A DNA stretch of 63,000 nucleotides, filler included, from Nemertoderma westbladi (GCA_032718475.1; 3 parts of 3 records of this genome joined end to end with filler, not necessarily neighbours in it), one strand, 5' to 3'. Shown: positions 1 through 14,800, numbered from the whole stretch's first letter. A program made the numbers and translations. The notes: generated by a model not told the origin, from the letters alone.

Positions 1-222
1 CCACGACGAAGCTGTCGAGGCGTTTCGCACTGCTAACGAACCCATCGTGGTGCAAGTACTGCGGCGGGAACCCCGCTCACCTCCCGCGCTGCCCGCAAAG
101 AAACCCCACAAGATGGTCTCCATAGCGACACAGACCGACGCGGTGGAGCTGGACGGGGAGGACGATGTGATTAACTCCATGGTCCCGCTGTGGGCGACCA
201 ATCCGGGACAGCAGCCTAAATG
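1..222 (+). CDS. PDZRN3: PDZRN3/4 (LNX3/4)-family gene, exon (end of PDZ1), 5'-partial
   Basis: Frame from base 2 reads [22 protein letters not shown], as in PDZRN3/4 PDZ1; donor TG|gtgagc, phase 2. The symbol denotes the family (likely co-ortholog of PDZRN3/4). Confidence 0.85.
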
Positions 223-3200
223 GTGAGCTTATTCATTGGTTCATTGGGTTGGTATTACTTCGTGTAACTTACTCATTGGTTCATTGTGTTTGTATTACAG
301 GAAGTGACTTACTTGTTGTTTGTTGGGGGTTGAATTGCTTCGTTTAACAATCTGTGATTGGCTGATTTCGGTTGTATTCAATGCGTGCAAACAAACAGCT
401 GATTGATTGTTCTATTTTGCAGAGTATGTGGGCAATTGCTTGGAACTCTGGTGTCGATGGTGATATCCTATTGTGTTGATCTTTATTTAATTATTTGTTA
501 ATGGTAAAACAATGCGAATATTTTGGCTATGATTGTTACACAAAGCATGTAGATTTAGGCCGGATGATAACTGTATGCGTGGTTGGAAATATGTGATGTA
601 TCATTGTATTGCGTGTGTGACTCAGTGTCGGCGATTTGTTTAGAGCAACAATGATAGCGGGCGGTAGCGGTATGTTTATGGAATGCGACTCAATCAATAC
701 GTGATGGTCCGCTCGCTTTCCTTTCATCGTCCACTTTGTAAGGCGCGATCTAAATGAAAAACATATGACGCCATTTTCCACACTCTATTAATAAGGCTGA
801 AAGCTCGCTTCCATTGATTAGTTTGGAATTCGGCATAAACTATTTGTGATTGTGGTGGCGGCCTCCCTTTGATGTGATCCAGGCGGTTTATTTCTGTAAT
901 CGATTTCTATTTATTCAGCGTCGCTTCTGCTATTACTTCTTCCCCCCAGTTATCCATCTATGAGTGAGTAGTTGGGCTGTATGACCGAGTTAATCGAACG
1001 GAACTCCCTAGATCTTCTCGAAAGATGATCAATCATGCGACCGGGTTCCTTCTAATTTTACAAAATATTTTAAGTTCTCTTTAACAGTTCATTATCATTG
1101 ATAATTATTAACTTCGTTAATTCGCCGAGAGATTTATTTTAATCCGCAGAGGTGTGGTTTGCGTCAAGTTTCCACTACTTTCTTGGTGTTCTGGGAACCC
1201 GTTGGGAGTGATATTGTGCGACTGGGTGATTAATGTTGAATTAGTTCCTCTCCTAGACAAAATAGTCTGCGATTGCGATATCTGGGAATGAGACAGATAA
1301 CCGTCAGATTGGACGTCCCAGATGTATACTACTAGTCATACTACCTGCTTCCATATATATTCAATGTGACACATTTTGATTAGAAAGGTAGACAGACGAT
1401 TTTAGTGCCGGGTGGTATAAGCCTTTTATCTTTGTCCTCCTAAAAAAAAGCCATATACTTGACTCAACTTGCAATTATTATGTTAGTAGTTGTGGAAATA
1501 TTGATATTGTTCATTCTGATTCAATGGTTGTCAACTATATCAGCTATAAAAAAAAACCATCATGTATGCGTTGAGTCATTACTCTCAACTCATAGTATAT
1601 AAGTAATTGTCAGTATTCTACATCAACCATTACATAAAGTATATTTAATTGCTTGTGTTTTGTTCATTTGGTTATCGACAGCAATATTTCAGTGATTTCA
1701 TATGGTAGGTCGATTTTCAGTTCCCCCTGTTATTCTTTATATATATATATACTGTATGAGTCACAATCATTGTCCCGATAATTGCCACTCTCAATCAATT
1801 AATGTAGAATTCTCACAATGAGTGACATTTCGTTGCTTGTCCAGATTCAGTCAATGTAACATTAATTGGTGTTTTGCCTTTACAATGTAGCTTTTCCCAG
1901 TCTTCATACTACTCTACTAATTTGTTGGGACTATTCAGCTACTACGCTGCAGAAATTGCCATTTACATTCGATTTCTTCAATGGCTACTAACATTGGGAG
2001 ATATTTAAATGGTCGTGGCTATTCTATCTGCCACAATTATCGGATGACATGTTGAAATTACCCTTTCCTGTTGCAATTTTCTTTGGATAAACGACTTCGA
2101 TTACTCCAGCTCAGTTACATGTATTTGTTGAAAGCCAGGAAGACTGCATGACAGGCTGTTTTTGCATTTAGCCTTTACCAAGAGAAACTATCATTATTTT
2201 CTCTTCCTCGGATTGTCAGGCTCAGATTTCATTTCACAGCTGAGTGAATCCTGTCCTGTCCTGTCCTCGCAGGATTTCCTTGGGGTCCTATTATTATATG
2301 CTCGCGTTCTTCTCGTTAAATCCGGGGACTTTAGGAAGCCCAGGTTGTTTATCCAATCTGGAATAATATGAGGGATTTAATGTCGGTCTCTCTGGTGGTC
2401 AATTAATTCCGTTAGGGTCATAACCAACTTGTTAGAGAGCTTATCTTTGAACACTCAGTAACGCCTGTGCCTGCCTGTACCATGGAGCCCGCGGGTAAGG
2501 TGCCTACATTATGCCGCACGGGATATGCCGTCAATCTAATGTGAAGGACCCGCTGTGATTAAGTTCCAAACGCTTTAATCCGTGGAAACTATATGCGCGG
2601 ATATAATCTTTTCCTTACAATTCTACCCCCTCCCTTGTTGATCCAACAATGTGCTCCCTTTTTCCCCTGCAACACTTCACGTACACTATGTTATTGATGA
2701 TATTCCTGGATGTGCTATTGCGGTACAGATCCACTTATTCCGCAGTGTCTACATGAACACCATCAGTGGATGTGTGATTGTTATTTCCATTCTAGGGTGG
2801 ATAAGGACATAAGTAAACCTGCGGCATGGTTTTCCATGGCCGCCAATCTTTTTGTGTAATTTGTATACAATTTCTGGAAATGGTTTGATATTCCACATAT
2901 GCTCCTTCCCATTGATTTCAATGAATATTGACGCATGCTGTGGTTGATGTATGTTCCATTTTATATATGAGTGATTACAATAAGGCATGCCTGTTGTTTT
3001 CCCATGGGAACTTTGTCTAATCATTATGTTTTCCCTGATGTTTTCCCCTTTTGGTGAGGGTTTTTTACATGCTCTATTTATGCCATAGTTTCCTGAATTA
3101 TATCCGGCTAGCCGCGAAATATTATTGTTTGCCAGCCCTGTGGGGAGTTCTTATCTTGTATGTGGATTAAATACCCCCAAGTTCTGGAATCCTATTTTCT

Positions 3201-4643
3201 TGAATTTCGCCTTAGATTCGCAATATTTATCTTTTTGAGACAAATAATGTACTGGATTGGAACTGTGAATTTGGTAAATTCGTTCATCCGTTGGTCTGCG
3301 ATTAATTTTTGTCGTCACGCCAACATCTAAAGGTCATAACATTTGCCAGCACCTAAAGCCATTTATACAATTTGTCGCAATTTTAAATCATTCATATCAG
3401 ATGGAGCTCCTAAGGGGGGTTTGGTTACACAATTTAACATTTTCTAATTATTCGATCCATAACAAATATACCGTATTGTTTCAGTGCAATTATTATTCAC
3501 GTGGGATAACACTTTATCCCCGATACAAATTATAATAAAATAATTAGTATCATTTCCTACAACTTGATGTTCAAAGGACTTCGACGTAGCCTTTATGCAA
3601 GATTTTACTAACAGAAACACAACCCCCGCCCGGATTGTCTTTGGTCGTAACCGTCTTCTTAACACTTCCACTGTTAGTTCCTTTGCATCATTTGTATGTG
3701 TTTGGGAAGAGATAACCCTGATTGATTATTTCAGTGTTGGACATTCTTTGATGCCTTATTGCCCGAGGTGTTTCCGTAATCTGAATGCTGTTCACCCTCG
3801 GATTTTGACTTGGTAGTTATGTATTGGGAATCAAAGGCGACAAGACGACAGATCCGATTGTATTCGTCTCTTCCTTCTGACTACAAACTAAATTGCCTCG
3901 TAAAACACTAGGTATTCCATTCTTCTTCCGGGGCCTTTGGGCGAGCTGATGCGTGCCTGCGGTAGGACGCGGGATTTATGGGACTATGAATAAGGAAGGC
4001 GGATTACCCTATACCAGTTACCTGAGCCGAGCGTGAGCGTGTGTGTATAAATATTATCCCGGGAGTTGTATTATTATTATTATATGCGCCTGGAATGGTT
4101 AGTTACTGCTGATCTGCTGTGCATCCATACGCAGTGGTTTCGCCCCCCAACCTCGGCAGGGAACACAGTTGTGAGTAACGCATGACCGATGTAGCCTGTC
4201 GCCAACCCCATTAGGCCATCTTACTGTATTTGAGCTTAATAGATGAGGTTTATCTTGACAATGCGACTTTGAACATTATCTCAAAGGCTTTGTGTTGGTT
4301 ATGACAATTATATGATGTCGGGATCTTGTTGGAACTTTTGCGATCCGCGGTGGTCTCAAGTGGGCCATACAACCGAACTTCCTTTGTGTTCCAAAGATAT
4401 ATTCCAAATGATGTTTCCACTTGTAATGGTTGGGGTTTGCTCCCGATCCGCCAATTAATTTTATTGCTTATAACAAGATGATGTTGAATTCCTAATGTTG
4501 TTCGCGTTCCTTCACTATGCGGTAACTGTAACCATAGATATTTTTTCATGATTAAACCCAGAATTGTTAAATATTGCAACTGCCGGTGTTAATTTTGTAT
4601 TGCATAACTTTAATTTAATTTTTGATATTATATTTTTGTGCAG

Positions 4644-4872
4644 TTATTATGACGTGATGCCTGGTTGTCAGATGCTAACAGACTTCGATCTAGAGAGCGA
4701 TATACTGAGTCTCAACGAGCTGGACAATGCCGACCTACTCCTACTGGATGACCTCCCCTACACGATGGAGTACGAGGAAGTTCTCCTTCTCCGAAACAAC
4801 CCGGAAGAGAAACTCGGGCTGATTTTATGTCAGACCAACGAGGATGATATCAGTGGAGTGTTTGTTGGCGAG
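4644..4872 (+). CDS. PDZRN3: PDZRN3/4-family exon (start of PDZ2)
   Basis: Acceptor tttgtgcag, phase-compatible; MEYEEVLLLRNNPEEKLGLILC...GVFVGE; donor gtgagt. Confidence 0.85.
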
Positions 4873-5259
4873 GTGAGTTCAACCTTATCTTTTATACAGA
4901 TTTTAATGTCTCCTATCTAATTGTTGGTAACAAACAAACAATTATCTTAGTTTACAAAGTCTCTTTCTTTAGTTTTATGTGTATAGGAAACTGTTTGTGA
5001 TGCTCAGTGTGAATTCTGATGTTCTTTATAATTAGGTGGCCTGGGTTTTTTAGTATTTATTTGCCTTAGTTTCGGTTGTTAGTTGAAAAGGAATTTACTT
5101 TTTAATTATGTTTCTCGCTGTTTTTATTCAAAGTCGTTTGTTTCTAAGATAACTAGGCAATTCGAAAGGCCATAGTTGGGTGATTTCTAGCGCATCATAC
5201 CTCCCTGTTCTAAATATTAACTCTGTGTGGAAACTTAATTGTATTAATAATTGTTTTAG

Positions 5260-5424
5260 ATCGAGGCCAACAGTTTGGCTGGTAAGGACGGACGCGTTCA
5301 TGAGGGCGACCAAATACTGCAGATAAACGGAGAAAGTGTCAGTACCAAGGATGAGGCGGTGGAACGTCTGTCCCACAACGATCCACGTATCATACTCATG
5401 GTCGCTAGACCCGCACCGTTCCAG
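5260..5424 (+). CDS. PDZRN3: PDZRN3/4-family exon (PDZ2 C-half)
   Basis: ttttag acceptor; IEANSLAGKDGRVHEGDQILQING; donor gttggt. Confidence 0.85.
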
Positions 5425-6205
5425 GTTGGTAATGCAGTTACTCAGAGAATATTTAATTACTCAGATAGATAAAGTCACTATAGCGGATAAAAATGTTTCC
5501 GTGGAAAGTGTACCGACCGACACCGTAATTCTCCACCGAAAGATGCCCAGTAGCTTAGTGTCACCGCCCTACTTAAACATTCCTATTAACGTATTCCTTA
5601 TGCGATGTAGTTGCCATAGTATAAGGAGAGCTATCACAATAATGTTGATACTTTATATGACTAGAATAGGACACATACATTTGCTGGTGGCTTCAACCCA
5701 ATTAGGACGAGCAATGCCATCCTCTAAGAGATACATTAGGTAATCCAAGCTTTGTTAATGCATCCCGTGACATCCTGGCTCGGAGTAGTATTAATTATAT
5801 TCGACGGCGGTACCACTTTGAAGCCAGCGATTGTTAAGCGATACCCTACTCGGGAGAAAGCGGGAAGCACGTTATAATGTTGGAAGAATTTCATACGTCC
5901 CTTAAGGGTAATAGGATGGTACGTGTGTCTGTGTGTGCGCAGTATCCTGTGTACCAACCCGCACATCAGTAACCTGCTATTGAGTTAGTTTTTATCTTGT
6001 CTCGTAATTCATAGCTCCACTTTACGATTGAACGCACCGCTTCTGCTCTACCTGTTGCTCATAGTAGATCATGTTCTTTTTGATGAGCCAGTAATTGTAT
6101 ATCTATTGCATTTGAGGTTTGCGCTGAGAGAGAATTAACATGTTTTAGTAGAATTCCATTTAATTACTTGGCATTTCTAACTAACAATGTTTTATTGACC
6201 TGCAG

Positions 6206-6337
6206 GCGGACGACACATTTGTTGACGAGGATTATCTTTTCTACCAAGATTGCCCAAACTTTCTTAACGACATGTCTGACGGAACTGCGCCCCAGTATCT
6301 CAACGGTCACTACCGAAACGCCAACAGAGTCGGCTGC
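6206..6337 (+). CDS. PDZRN3: PDZRN3/4-family linker exon
   Basis: ctgcag acceptor, gtaagt donor, 132 nt, open in phase 0 with both neighbours. Confidence 0.65.
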
Positions 6338-6642
6338 GTAAGTATTTATTTAGCATTCTCAACCGCCCTACTCAATATATTGGGGTTTGTGGGTGGAATG
6401 CGGCACAACAGATGGAACTCCTTCCTCAATGATCCAGTTAGATTTGCTTCAACTCACACAAACGGATTATCATATTATAATTCCAGGGATCTGGTGCAAT
6501 TAAACAATGGAGGATATTCTTCATTGATCCTAAATTATACAATTAGGAATAACTTATGTGAGATATATGAGTTTCTATCTATTTAATGTAACATAAATTT
6601 CGCGGGAAAAATATTTTAATCTATTTTATTTCTATTTTGCAG

Positions 6643-8157
6643 GACACTCACGACGAAGATGGAGGTACTACGGACACCGCCACTTCCGAGAACACATCCA
6701 ATCACCATGGCGACAAGGACAAGGATTCCGGGGTGGGTCGGACGGACGGGTCGACCCGGAACGAGGAATCTTCCGAGTTCGGAGACGAGGCGCCCCCTAG
6801 CAGAGGCCCCTGCAACGAGTGCGACCAGGGTTACCATGGTAGCCAACCCTCGATAAACGACGTGTCCCTGTCGCGGGTCCTTCTGAGACGCCTTAGCAAC
6901 GGGTTGATCCACCCGACCGCCCCAACCGCGCGAGGCAGCGGCTCCGATACGTCATCCAATGACGTCACGATGCGAGCCGCTTCCTCCGACGATAAACTCT
7001 CGAGTAAGGACACCCTCGTCCCGGCTAATACCCCGTCGCTAAGCAACGTCCAATCGGGCGAGGAGAAGCGGTCGTCCGGGAGTGAGAAGTCCCGACGAAG
7101 TTCGCGTTCCTCGAAGCACAAGGATTCCTGCGGGACGGATTCCTCGTCGTCGCCCGGGAATACGGCGTCGCGACGGGAAAAACGCGCGTCGGAAGGTCGT
7201 CGGAGCGGGAAGGGGAAGCAGCGTAACCGCTCGAGCGAGAGTCCGGGTCCGGTGGACCGACACGGAGTTAAAGCGGAGGAGAACAGACACCCGGGCAAGT
7301 CCTCGACTTCCGATAAACAATCGCGAAGCCATTCGGAACCCCGGGTAGCCGCCATGTCGTTGAGTATAATCCCGGAGAACTGCCTCGGTTCCTCCAACGG
7401 AGTCGAATACAAGAAGGACTCCCCAAGCCCGCCAGACAGGTCAAACCGATCGAAAAACTCAGACTCCTACCACCGCTACTATAACAACCACTCCTCTCGT
7501 TCGAGTCATTGCCAGACTAACTCGGCTGTGCCCCCTCGTCTCCTCCCCGCCGCTAGCCAACTCTCCGTGGCCAGCTCCGTTATGAGTTACATTCCAACGC
7601 ACGCGAAGCACCACCGCAGTTACCTCCAGTTGGTGAAACAACAGGAGAAGCAGTTGTGCGACGGACTTCGCAACGCGGACGGGATGTACACTGGGGGGGA
7701 CCCGGGCGACGCCGGGGCCGTGGAGTGGAAGGTGAAGCGTCGGAGCGACGGGACGCGGTACATAACGCAGCGGCCGATGCGCAATAAACTCCTGCAGGAT
7801 CGCGCGAAACGCATCAACGAGGAGCGATCTGGGCTGACTACCGACGACGATATGTACTCGGAGATGAAAACCGGTCGCTACTGGTCCAAGGAGGATCGGA
7901 AACGGCAGTTCGTCATATCGAAAGAGCAGCGAAGGAGGAGAGAATTCATGATCAACAGTCGTATAAACTCATTACAAGAGAACAATCCACCAGCTGAACA
8001 AAAAGAAATTCTAGAACTCTCTAAAAAGAAACTTAGTAAACGGAAGAACAAGAAGGTATTGGACGGGTTTTATTCGATCCAGGAGATGTTAGCTCACGGG
8101 GACAGAGACACTAATGGACACGTTGTGCATCCCTTACTGTCAGTTACATACGTGTAA
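6643..8157 (+). CDS. PDZRN3: PDZRN3/4-family terminal exon
   Basis: DKDSGVGRTD, EWKVKRRSDGTRYIT, TTDDDMYSEMKTGRYWSKEDRKR and C-terminal PDZ-binding LLSVTYV are hallmark PDZRN3/4 motifs. Confidence 0.92.
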   Translation, partial: DTHDEDGGTTDTATSENTSNHHGDKDKDSGVGRTDGSTRNEESSEFGDEAPPSRGPCNECDQGYHGSQPSINDVSLSRVLLRRLSNGLIHPTAPTARGSGSDTSSNDVTMRAASSDDKLSSKDTLVPANTPSLSNVQSGEEKRSSGSEKSRRSSRSSKHKDSCGTDSSSSPGNTASRREKRASEGRRSGKGKQRNRSSESPGPVDRHGVKAEENRHPGKSSTSDKQSRSHSEPRVAAMSLSIIPENCLGSSNGVEYKKDSPSPPDRSNRSKNSDSYHRYYNNHSSRSSHCQTNSAVPPRLLPAASQLSVASSVMSYIPTHAKHHRSYLQLVKQQEKQLCDGLRNADGMYTGGDPGDAGAVEWKVKRRSDGTRYITQRPMRNKLLQDRAKRINEERSGLTTDDDMYSEMKTGRYWSKEDRKRQFVISKEQRRRREFMINSRINSLQENNPPAEQKEILELSKKKLSKRKNKKVLDGFYSIQEMLAHGDRDTNGHVVHPLLSVTYV

Positions 8158-10976
8158 CCAACACCAATGTACACTGTAATCCCTCTCTCTCCTCCTATTG
8201 GTGCATTTGTCCGTTAACCACAGAAAACTGGTTATTGTTGAGCTAAATATCTCTGTGTCTCGATTGATTTGGAACTATTTTATTATTATTATTATTATTA
8301 TAATTTAGTTATTATTATATTATTGGTACTAATTCCTATTTTCGAGTCCTTTAAATAGATTATTATTCGTTGAACTTGTGCAGTTGAGTACCTATCTCTC
8401 ATTGGTTGATGTGTTCACGCAATAACCGCTAAGTGCCAATTGCCCCTGGCAACCGTCGCTTCCCCTGTGTCCCTATTGGTTGCTAACCGGCGGCTTTGTG
8501 GCTCCGACGTTGTTTTTGCTCTCATTTAGGCTACTTATTTTAATTATTCATATTAATTTGTGCGGAGTTTTTGTTGGTGAGGTGGAGTATTTTTCTAATA
8601 ACTGTTTTTTTGGGAGTCTAGTTTGGGAGTCTAGTTGGGGAGTCTAGTTGGGGAGTTGACACACTGTCTCGGATCAGCTACAGGATTATTTAATGTAAAA
8701 TTTTTTAGGTAATTTATATTTGGCCTGATAGAGTCACCTAAATACGATTTGCGATTCCATCTCGAGCTGTAGTATTTGTGGAATTTAGAAAGGAACTATT
8801 TAGAAATATACGAATTTACCAATTTCCATCAACTTTTGGCAACTCTAACTAACATGCTGTTTTTACAATTTTGCAAACTCGCTGAATATAATTAATGTTT
8901 TACCTTCACATTTTGTTGTAAAGAAAGTAAAACATTAATAATTATATTCGATGAATTCACATAAATATTTCAGCTCTTGGGTTTAATAACCTATTTATTG
9001 TCTTTATGGCTTCCATATTATTTTATCTGTAAACATGCGACTAGGTTGGCTTTATTAGTATTCCACACCGTGCCGTGATCCCATTGGTTCACGCTAGTAT
9101 TCCACACTGTGATCCTATTGGTTCACGTCCCCCTATTAGATAGCCCCACTCATTCGTGCTTTTCGTATCATTTATTTGTGGTACAGTGAGTAGATAGCTA
9201 GTATTATGTAGTTGTATTTACATTAGTTTCATACGATTTATAGACATCGTGGATTCTAGAATGTCATGAAATTGGGTCTTTAAGTTTGTTTGAAATGGTT
9301 GTCACATGGGGTGTCATCATTTCCAACGAGATTTATCACAGATAACGTAGACTGTCCCTAGACCACTACAATATTACATTCTAGAATCTGCGACCGCTTT
9401 ACCCTTGCTCAATTCAATTTCCCCATTGACGGATTGTATCGATTTTGTCAATAAGTTTTCACTGTACTTTTTTTGCAATTTTTTGTTTAATTTCTACGTA
9501 GACTAGGTACGTAGGTACTGTATGTTTTTCTACTAAATATTTACCAATTTGAGCCGAATAAGTTTCTATTAATTTAGATAGATTATACAGTTTAGGTTCC
9601 TCGTTTAGTACCGTAATTTAACTACTTACTATCGTTGTCCCATTAAATCGTGAAATTAAAAACTTAATAAATCATAATATTTGTCCATATAAGTCTAACT
9701 CACTATTTTGTAAATGTAGGTTTCCTTTATTCCTCGATGTTTCTATGTGGAGATAATTATTATTATGAGAAAAATTCCAAAATTATAACAAAAGTTGACT
9801 AACAAGGTGCGATGGTGGCAGTGTGAATAACAACAGAGTTACCAAGTGAAATATTTTATAGTTTTAAATTGTATATCTGATGCAATCGAAATAATTTATT
9901 TGGTTTTTATTTATTTATAAATTATCGCCTAAATTTACACAGAAAGGTCAACTTCCTCATAAAAGTTGCGCTGTTTTTCTTGCCTCTTGAGAAAAAGACT
10001 ATCTGTTTGTAATATCTTATAGCTACGACTAGCCGACATAAAATAAAAAATTTCACTTATGAGCCACATTGCGACTTTTCAATTTATAGTACTGTCATTT
10101 CTTGTTATCTCAGATCCTATAGTATTTTGATTGAGATGTTTCTTATTTACTCGTGAAAGGTACACCTCTATTTGTGAGGGTTATTCGTAATTTATTATGG
10201 CTACAATTTGGACAATAATATTAAAAAAACATTGTGTTAGATATAAACTGAATGATTATTTTTATTTGTCAAATCTCTGCGAAACTCCCAAGTAAGAGTT
10301 CCAACCCGACCAGAACGTTAAAGAAACCGTCGCTAAGCTGTAATTACAAATATTCGCTTGTCCTGCTCTATAGTGCAATATGCTGGTCCCGTAAGCCCAG
10401 CTACAGCACTGAGTCACAAATCAAATTGTGACAAGAATTGACTGTCACGCGACGTCCGACACTCAAGTTGGGTCAACTGCCTGCTGGTTAGATTGAGGAC
10501 TGAAACATCCACATCGCAAATACTTAACTAAACAGTTAAACGATAGTTCTTTACCAGTTCAAACCATGCGAATGCTGGAAGCTGGATCGCTGTCTGTAGG
10601 TGCGTTGTTGTCCATTGTATTGTGAACTGCAGTGCCTAATAAGATACGCATTAAAGATTCGATTACATACGTATATTCGCATTTGCTTACCCTGAAATAA
10701 TAGCTAACATATTCTAGAACATGAACAATTGCAAAAATTAGCTAGTATGGTAAAACGATTTTAGAAAATGTTTATCTATAGGCACCCCAGCGTAATTATA
10801 TCATTTAGTGCTGCAACTACAAATCTAAAATTAGAATTAGCGAACAATATAAAATCCTTCCAGTTATTGAGACGAATTCCTGCTTGTAAGATCAGATAAG
10901 GGGAACTTTCGACGCAATGAAGTTAATCCGGCCCTCTAGATAAAATCGGCGCAAATAACAGCTGATTAATATATAA

Positions 10977-11105
10977 AATAAAACTGTAACCTGTTCAGTT
11001 GACTTTAGTTTATTGTTTTGGTTAAAATAACGTGCCACTGTAACCTGCTCCTTTCCCTTAATTGGTAATTTAACATTGAGACGAAATATTAATTCGCCTA
11101 GATAG
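10977..11105. repeat. Interspersed repeat fragment (possibly Kolobok-type end); other copies at ~17470-17645, ~59310-59445, ~59988-60080
   Basis: Shared core gggaaaggagcagg...gtggcacgttattttaaccaaaacaataaactaaa in both orientations; TTAA abuts GGGAAAGG in some copies. Confidence 0.6.
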
Positions 11106-11179
11106 GAATTGCGTCGAGTTTCCCCTCCCCTGTATCAGCGAGATTGAGATAGAAACTAAAAAGTAATTTGTAACTTAGT

Positions 11180-11587
11180 ATGAGAAGATCTACTAGAAGT
11201 GAGGTTAGCAATGTGGAAGGAAAAACTACAAAAAAACAAAATAAGGAGCAAATTAAAAAAAACACAGAACAGCAGAATGTGGAAGACGTTGAAGTGAAGG
11301 ACGAAACGTCATCAGGTTCCGAAACGGAACCTTCCAGCTATTCGGACGAGTTCTTTCCTGCTAGTGAGATAGAGATAAGAACAAAACCAAATCGATTTCG
11401 CCATTTGGATATGCGATACAGTATGAGAAGATCTACAAGTAATTTTAGCAATGTGGAATCTACCAAAAAACCAAAGAAACACCGAACTAAAAAACATATT
11501 GAAAATAATATGGAAGATGATAAAATGAAGGATGGTGAGGAACTAAAGTCCGGCTCAAAGATACATTTTGCGTTGACAGCTCTGTGA
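11180..11587 (+). other. Low-complexity K/E/S-rich ORF with internal repeat, coding status unknown
   Basis: ATG-initiated 135 aa; MRRST.S..SNVE occurs twice; no recognisable domain. Confidence 0.25.
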
Positions 11588-11892
11588 CAAAGTAGTGAAT
11601 ATCGGGTTTTGGTTTTTGGATACAGCATTGCAAGAACGCGGAGACAGTGCAGTCAATGTGCGTTCAAAATGCCACGCAAAACCACCGCGCTGTCACCGCA
11701 AAGTGTATCTGAGAACCGAACTCAACTCCCGAAGAAGCAAAACAACTGGCGGAGAGAGAGAAAAGAAAGTCATCTAAGATTTGCTGCGCAATTCTATAAA
11801 ATGTACACTATTTGAATATCAATTTATTTACCACAAACTGTTTATAAATAAAATGACATACTATAGGTAGATAAATAAATAAATTAGCATAC

Positions 11893-14800
11893 ACCAGAAA
11901 CACTGGCCGACTCGTCGCCTGCACCAGAGCTACGACTGGCCGACTCGTCCCTTGCACCAGAGCTACGATAGCCGACTGGTCGCCTGCACCAGAGCTACGA
12001 CTAGCCAACTCGTCGCCCACACCAGAGCTACCACTGGCCGACTCATTGCCCGAAACCAGAGCTATGACTGGCCGACTCGGTGCCTGCACCAGAGCTACTA
12101 CGACTGGTCGACTCGTCGCCTGCACCAGAGCTACGACTGGCCGACTTGTCGCTTGCACCAGAGCTAGAACTGACTGACTGGTCGCCTGCACCAGAGCTAT
12201 GACTGGCCGACTCATTGCCCGAAACCAAAGCTACGACTGGCCGACTCGTCGCCTGCACCAGAGCTATGACTGGCTGACTCGTTGCCTGCACCAGAGCTAT
12301 GACTGGCTGAATCGTCGCCTGCACGTTAGCTACGACTAGCCGACTCGTTGCCTGCACCAGAGCTACGACTGGCCGACTCATCACCTGCACCACAGCTATG
12401 ACTGGCCGACTCATCACCTGCACCAGAGCTACGATGGCCGACTCATCGCCTGCAACATAACTACGACTGGCCAACTCGTCGCCTGCACCAGAGCTACGAT
12501 GGCCGACTTATCGCCTGCACCAGAACTACGACTGGCCAACTCATCGCCTGCACCAGAGCTACGACTGGCTGACTCATCGCCTGCACCAGAGCTACGATGG
12601 CCAACTCGTTGCCTGCACCAGAGCTATGACCTGCCGACTCGTCGCCTGCACCAGAGCTATGACTGGCCGTCTCATCGCCTGCACCAGAGCTAAGACTGGC
12701 TGACTCGTCGCCTGCACCACAGCTATGACTGGCCGACTCATCACCTGCACCAGAGCTACGATGGCCGACTCATCGCCTGCACCAGAACCACGAATGGCCA
12801 ACTCGTCGCCTGCACCAGAGCTACGATGGCCGACTTATCGCCTGCACCAGAAATACGACTGGCCAACTCGTCGCCTGCACCAGAGCTACGATGGCCGACT
12901 CATCGCCTGCACCAGAACTACGACTGGCCGACTCGTCGCCTGCACCAGAGCTACAACTGGCCGACTCGTTGCTCGCACCAGAGCTACGACTGGCCGACTC
13001 GTTGCCTGCACCAGAGCTACGACTGACCGACTCGTCGCCTGCACCAGAACTACGACTGGCCGACTCGTCGCCTGCACCAGAGCTACAACTGGCCAACTCG
13101 TTGCTCGCACCAGAACTACGACTGGCCGACTCGTTGCCTGCACCAGAGCTACGACTGACCGACTCGTCGCCTGCACCAGAACTACGACTGGCCGACTCGT
13201 CGCCTGCACCAGAGCTACAACTGGCCGACTCGTTGCTCGCACCAGAGCTACGACTGGCCGACTCACCGCTTGCACCAGAGCTACGACTGGCTGACTCATC
13301 GCCTGCACCAGAGCTACGAGGGCCAACTCGTTGCCTGCACCAGAGCTATGACTTGCTGACTCGTCGCCTGCACCAGAGCTATGACTGGCCGTCTCATCGC
13401 CTGCACCAGAGCTAAGACTGGCTGACTCGTCGCCTGCACCACAGCTATGACTGGCCGACTCATCACCTGCACCAGAGCTACGATGGCTGACTCATCGCCT
13501 GCACCAGAACTACGACTGGCCAACTCGTCGCCTGCACCAGAGTTACGATGGCCGACTCATCTGCACCAGAGCTACGATGACCGACTCATCGCCTGCACCA
13601 GAACTACGACTGGCCAACTCATCGCCTGCACCAGAGCTATGACTGGCTGACTTATCGCCTGACCAGAGCTACGATGGCCGACTCATTGCCCGCACCAGAG
13701 CTATGACTGGCCGACTTTCCGTCTGCACCAGAGCTACAACTGGCCGACTCGTCGCCTGCACCAGAACTACAACTGGCCGACTCGTCGCCTGCACCAGAGC
13801 TACAACTGGCCGACTCGTTGCTCGCACCAGAGCTACGACTGGCCGACTCACCGCTTGCACCAGAGCTATGACTGGCCGACTCGTCGCCTGCACCAGAACT
13901 ACGACTGGCCGACTCGTTGCCTGCACCAGAGCTACGACTGACCGACTCGTCGCCTGCACCAGAACTACGACTGGTCGACTCGTCGCCTGCACCAGAGCTA
14001 CAACTGGCCGACTCGTTGCTCGCACCAGAGCTACGACTGGCCGACTCACCGCTTGCACCAGAGCTATGACTGGCCGACTCGTCGCCTGCACCAGAACTAC
14101 GACTGGCCGACTCGTTGCCTACACCAGAGCTACGACTGACCGACTCGTTGCCCGCACCAGAGCTATGACTGGCCGACTTTCCGTCTGCACCAGAGCTACA
14201 ACTGGCCGACTCGTCGCCTGCACCAGAACTACAACTGGCCGACTCGTCGCCTGCACCAGAGCTACGATGGCCGAATCGTCGCCTGCACCAGAGTTACGAC
14301 TGGCCGACTCGTCGCCTGCACCAGAGCTATGACTGGCCGACTTGTCGCCTGCACCAGAGCTATGACTAGCCGACTCATTGGCTGCACCAGAGCTACGATG
14401 GCCGACTCATCGCCTGCACGCTGCACCAGAACTACAACTGCCCAACTCATCGCCTGCACCAGAGCTATGACTAGCCGACTCATTGGCTGCACCAGAGCTA
14501 CAATGGCCGACTCATCGCCTGCACGCTGCACCAGAACTATGACTGGCCAACTCATCGCCTGCACCAGAACTATGACTAGCCGACTCATTGCCTGCACTAG
14601 AGCTACGATGGCCGACTCATCGCCTGCACCAGAGCTATGACTAGCCGACTCATTGGCTGCACCAGAGCTACGATGGCCGACTCATCGCCTGCACGCTGCA
14701 CCAGAACTACAACTGCCCAACTCATCGCCTGCACCAGAGCTATGACTAGACGACTCATTGGCTGCACCAGAGCTACAATGGCCGACTCATCACCTGCACG

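Noticed and set aside
6831-7412. 193-aa antisense ORF
   Set aside because: Shadow of the GC-rich PDZRN terminal exon.
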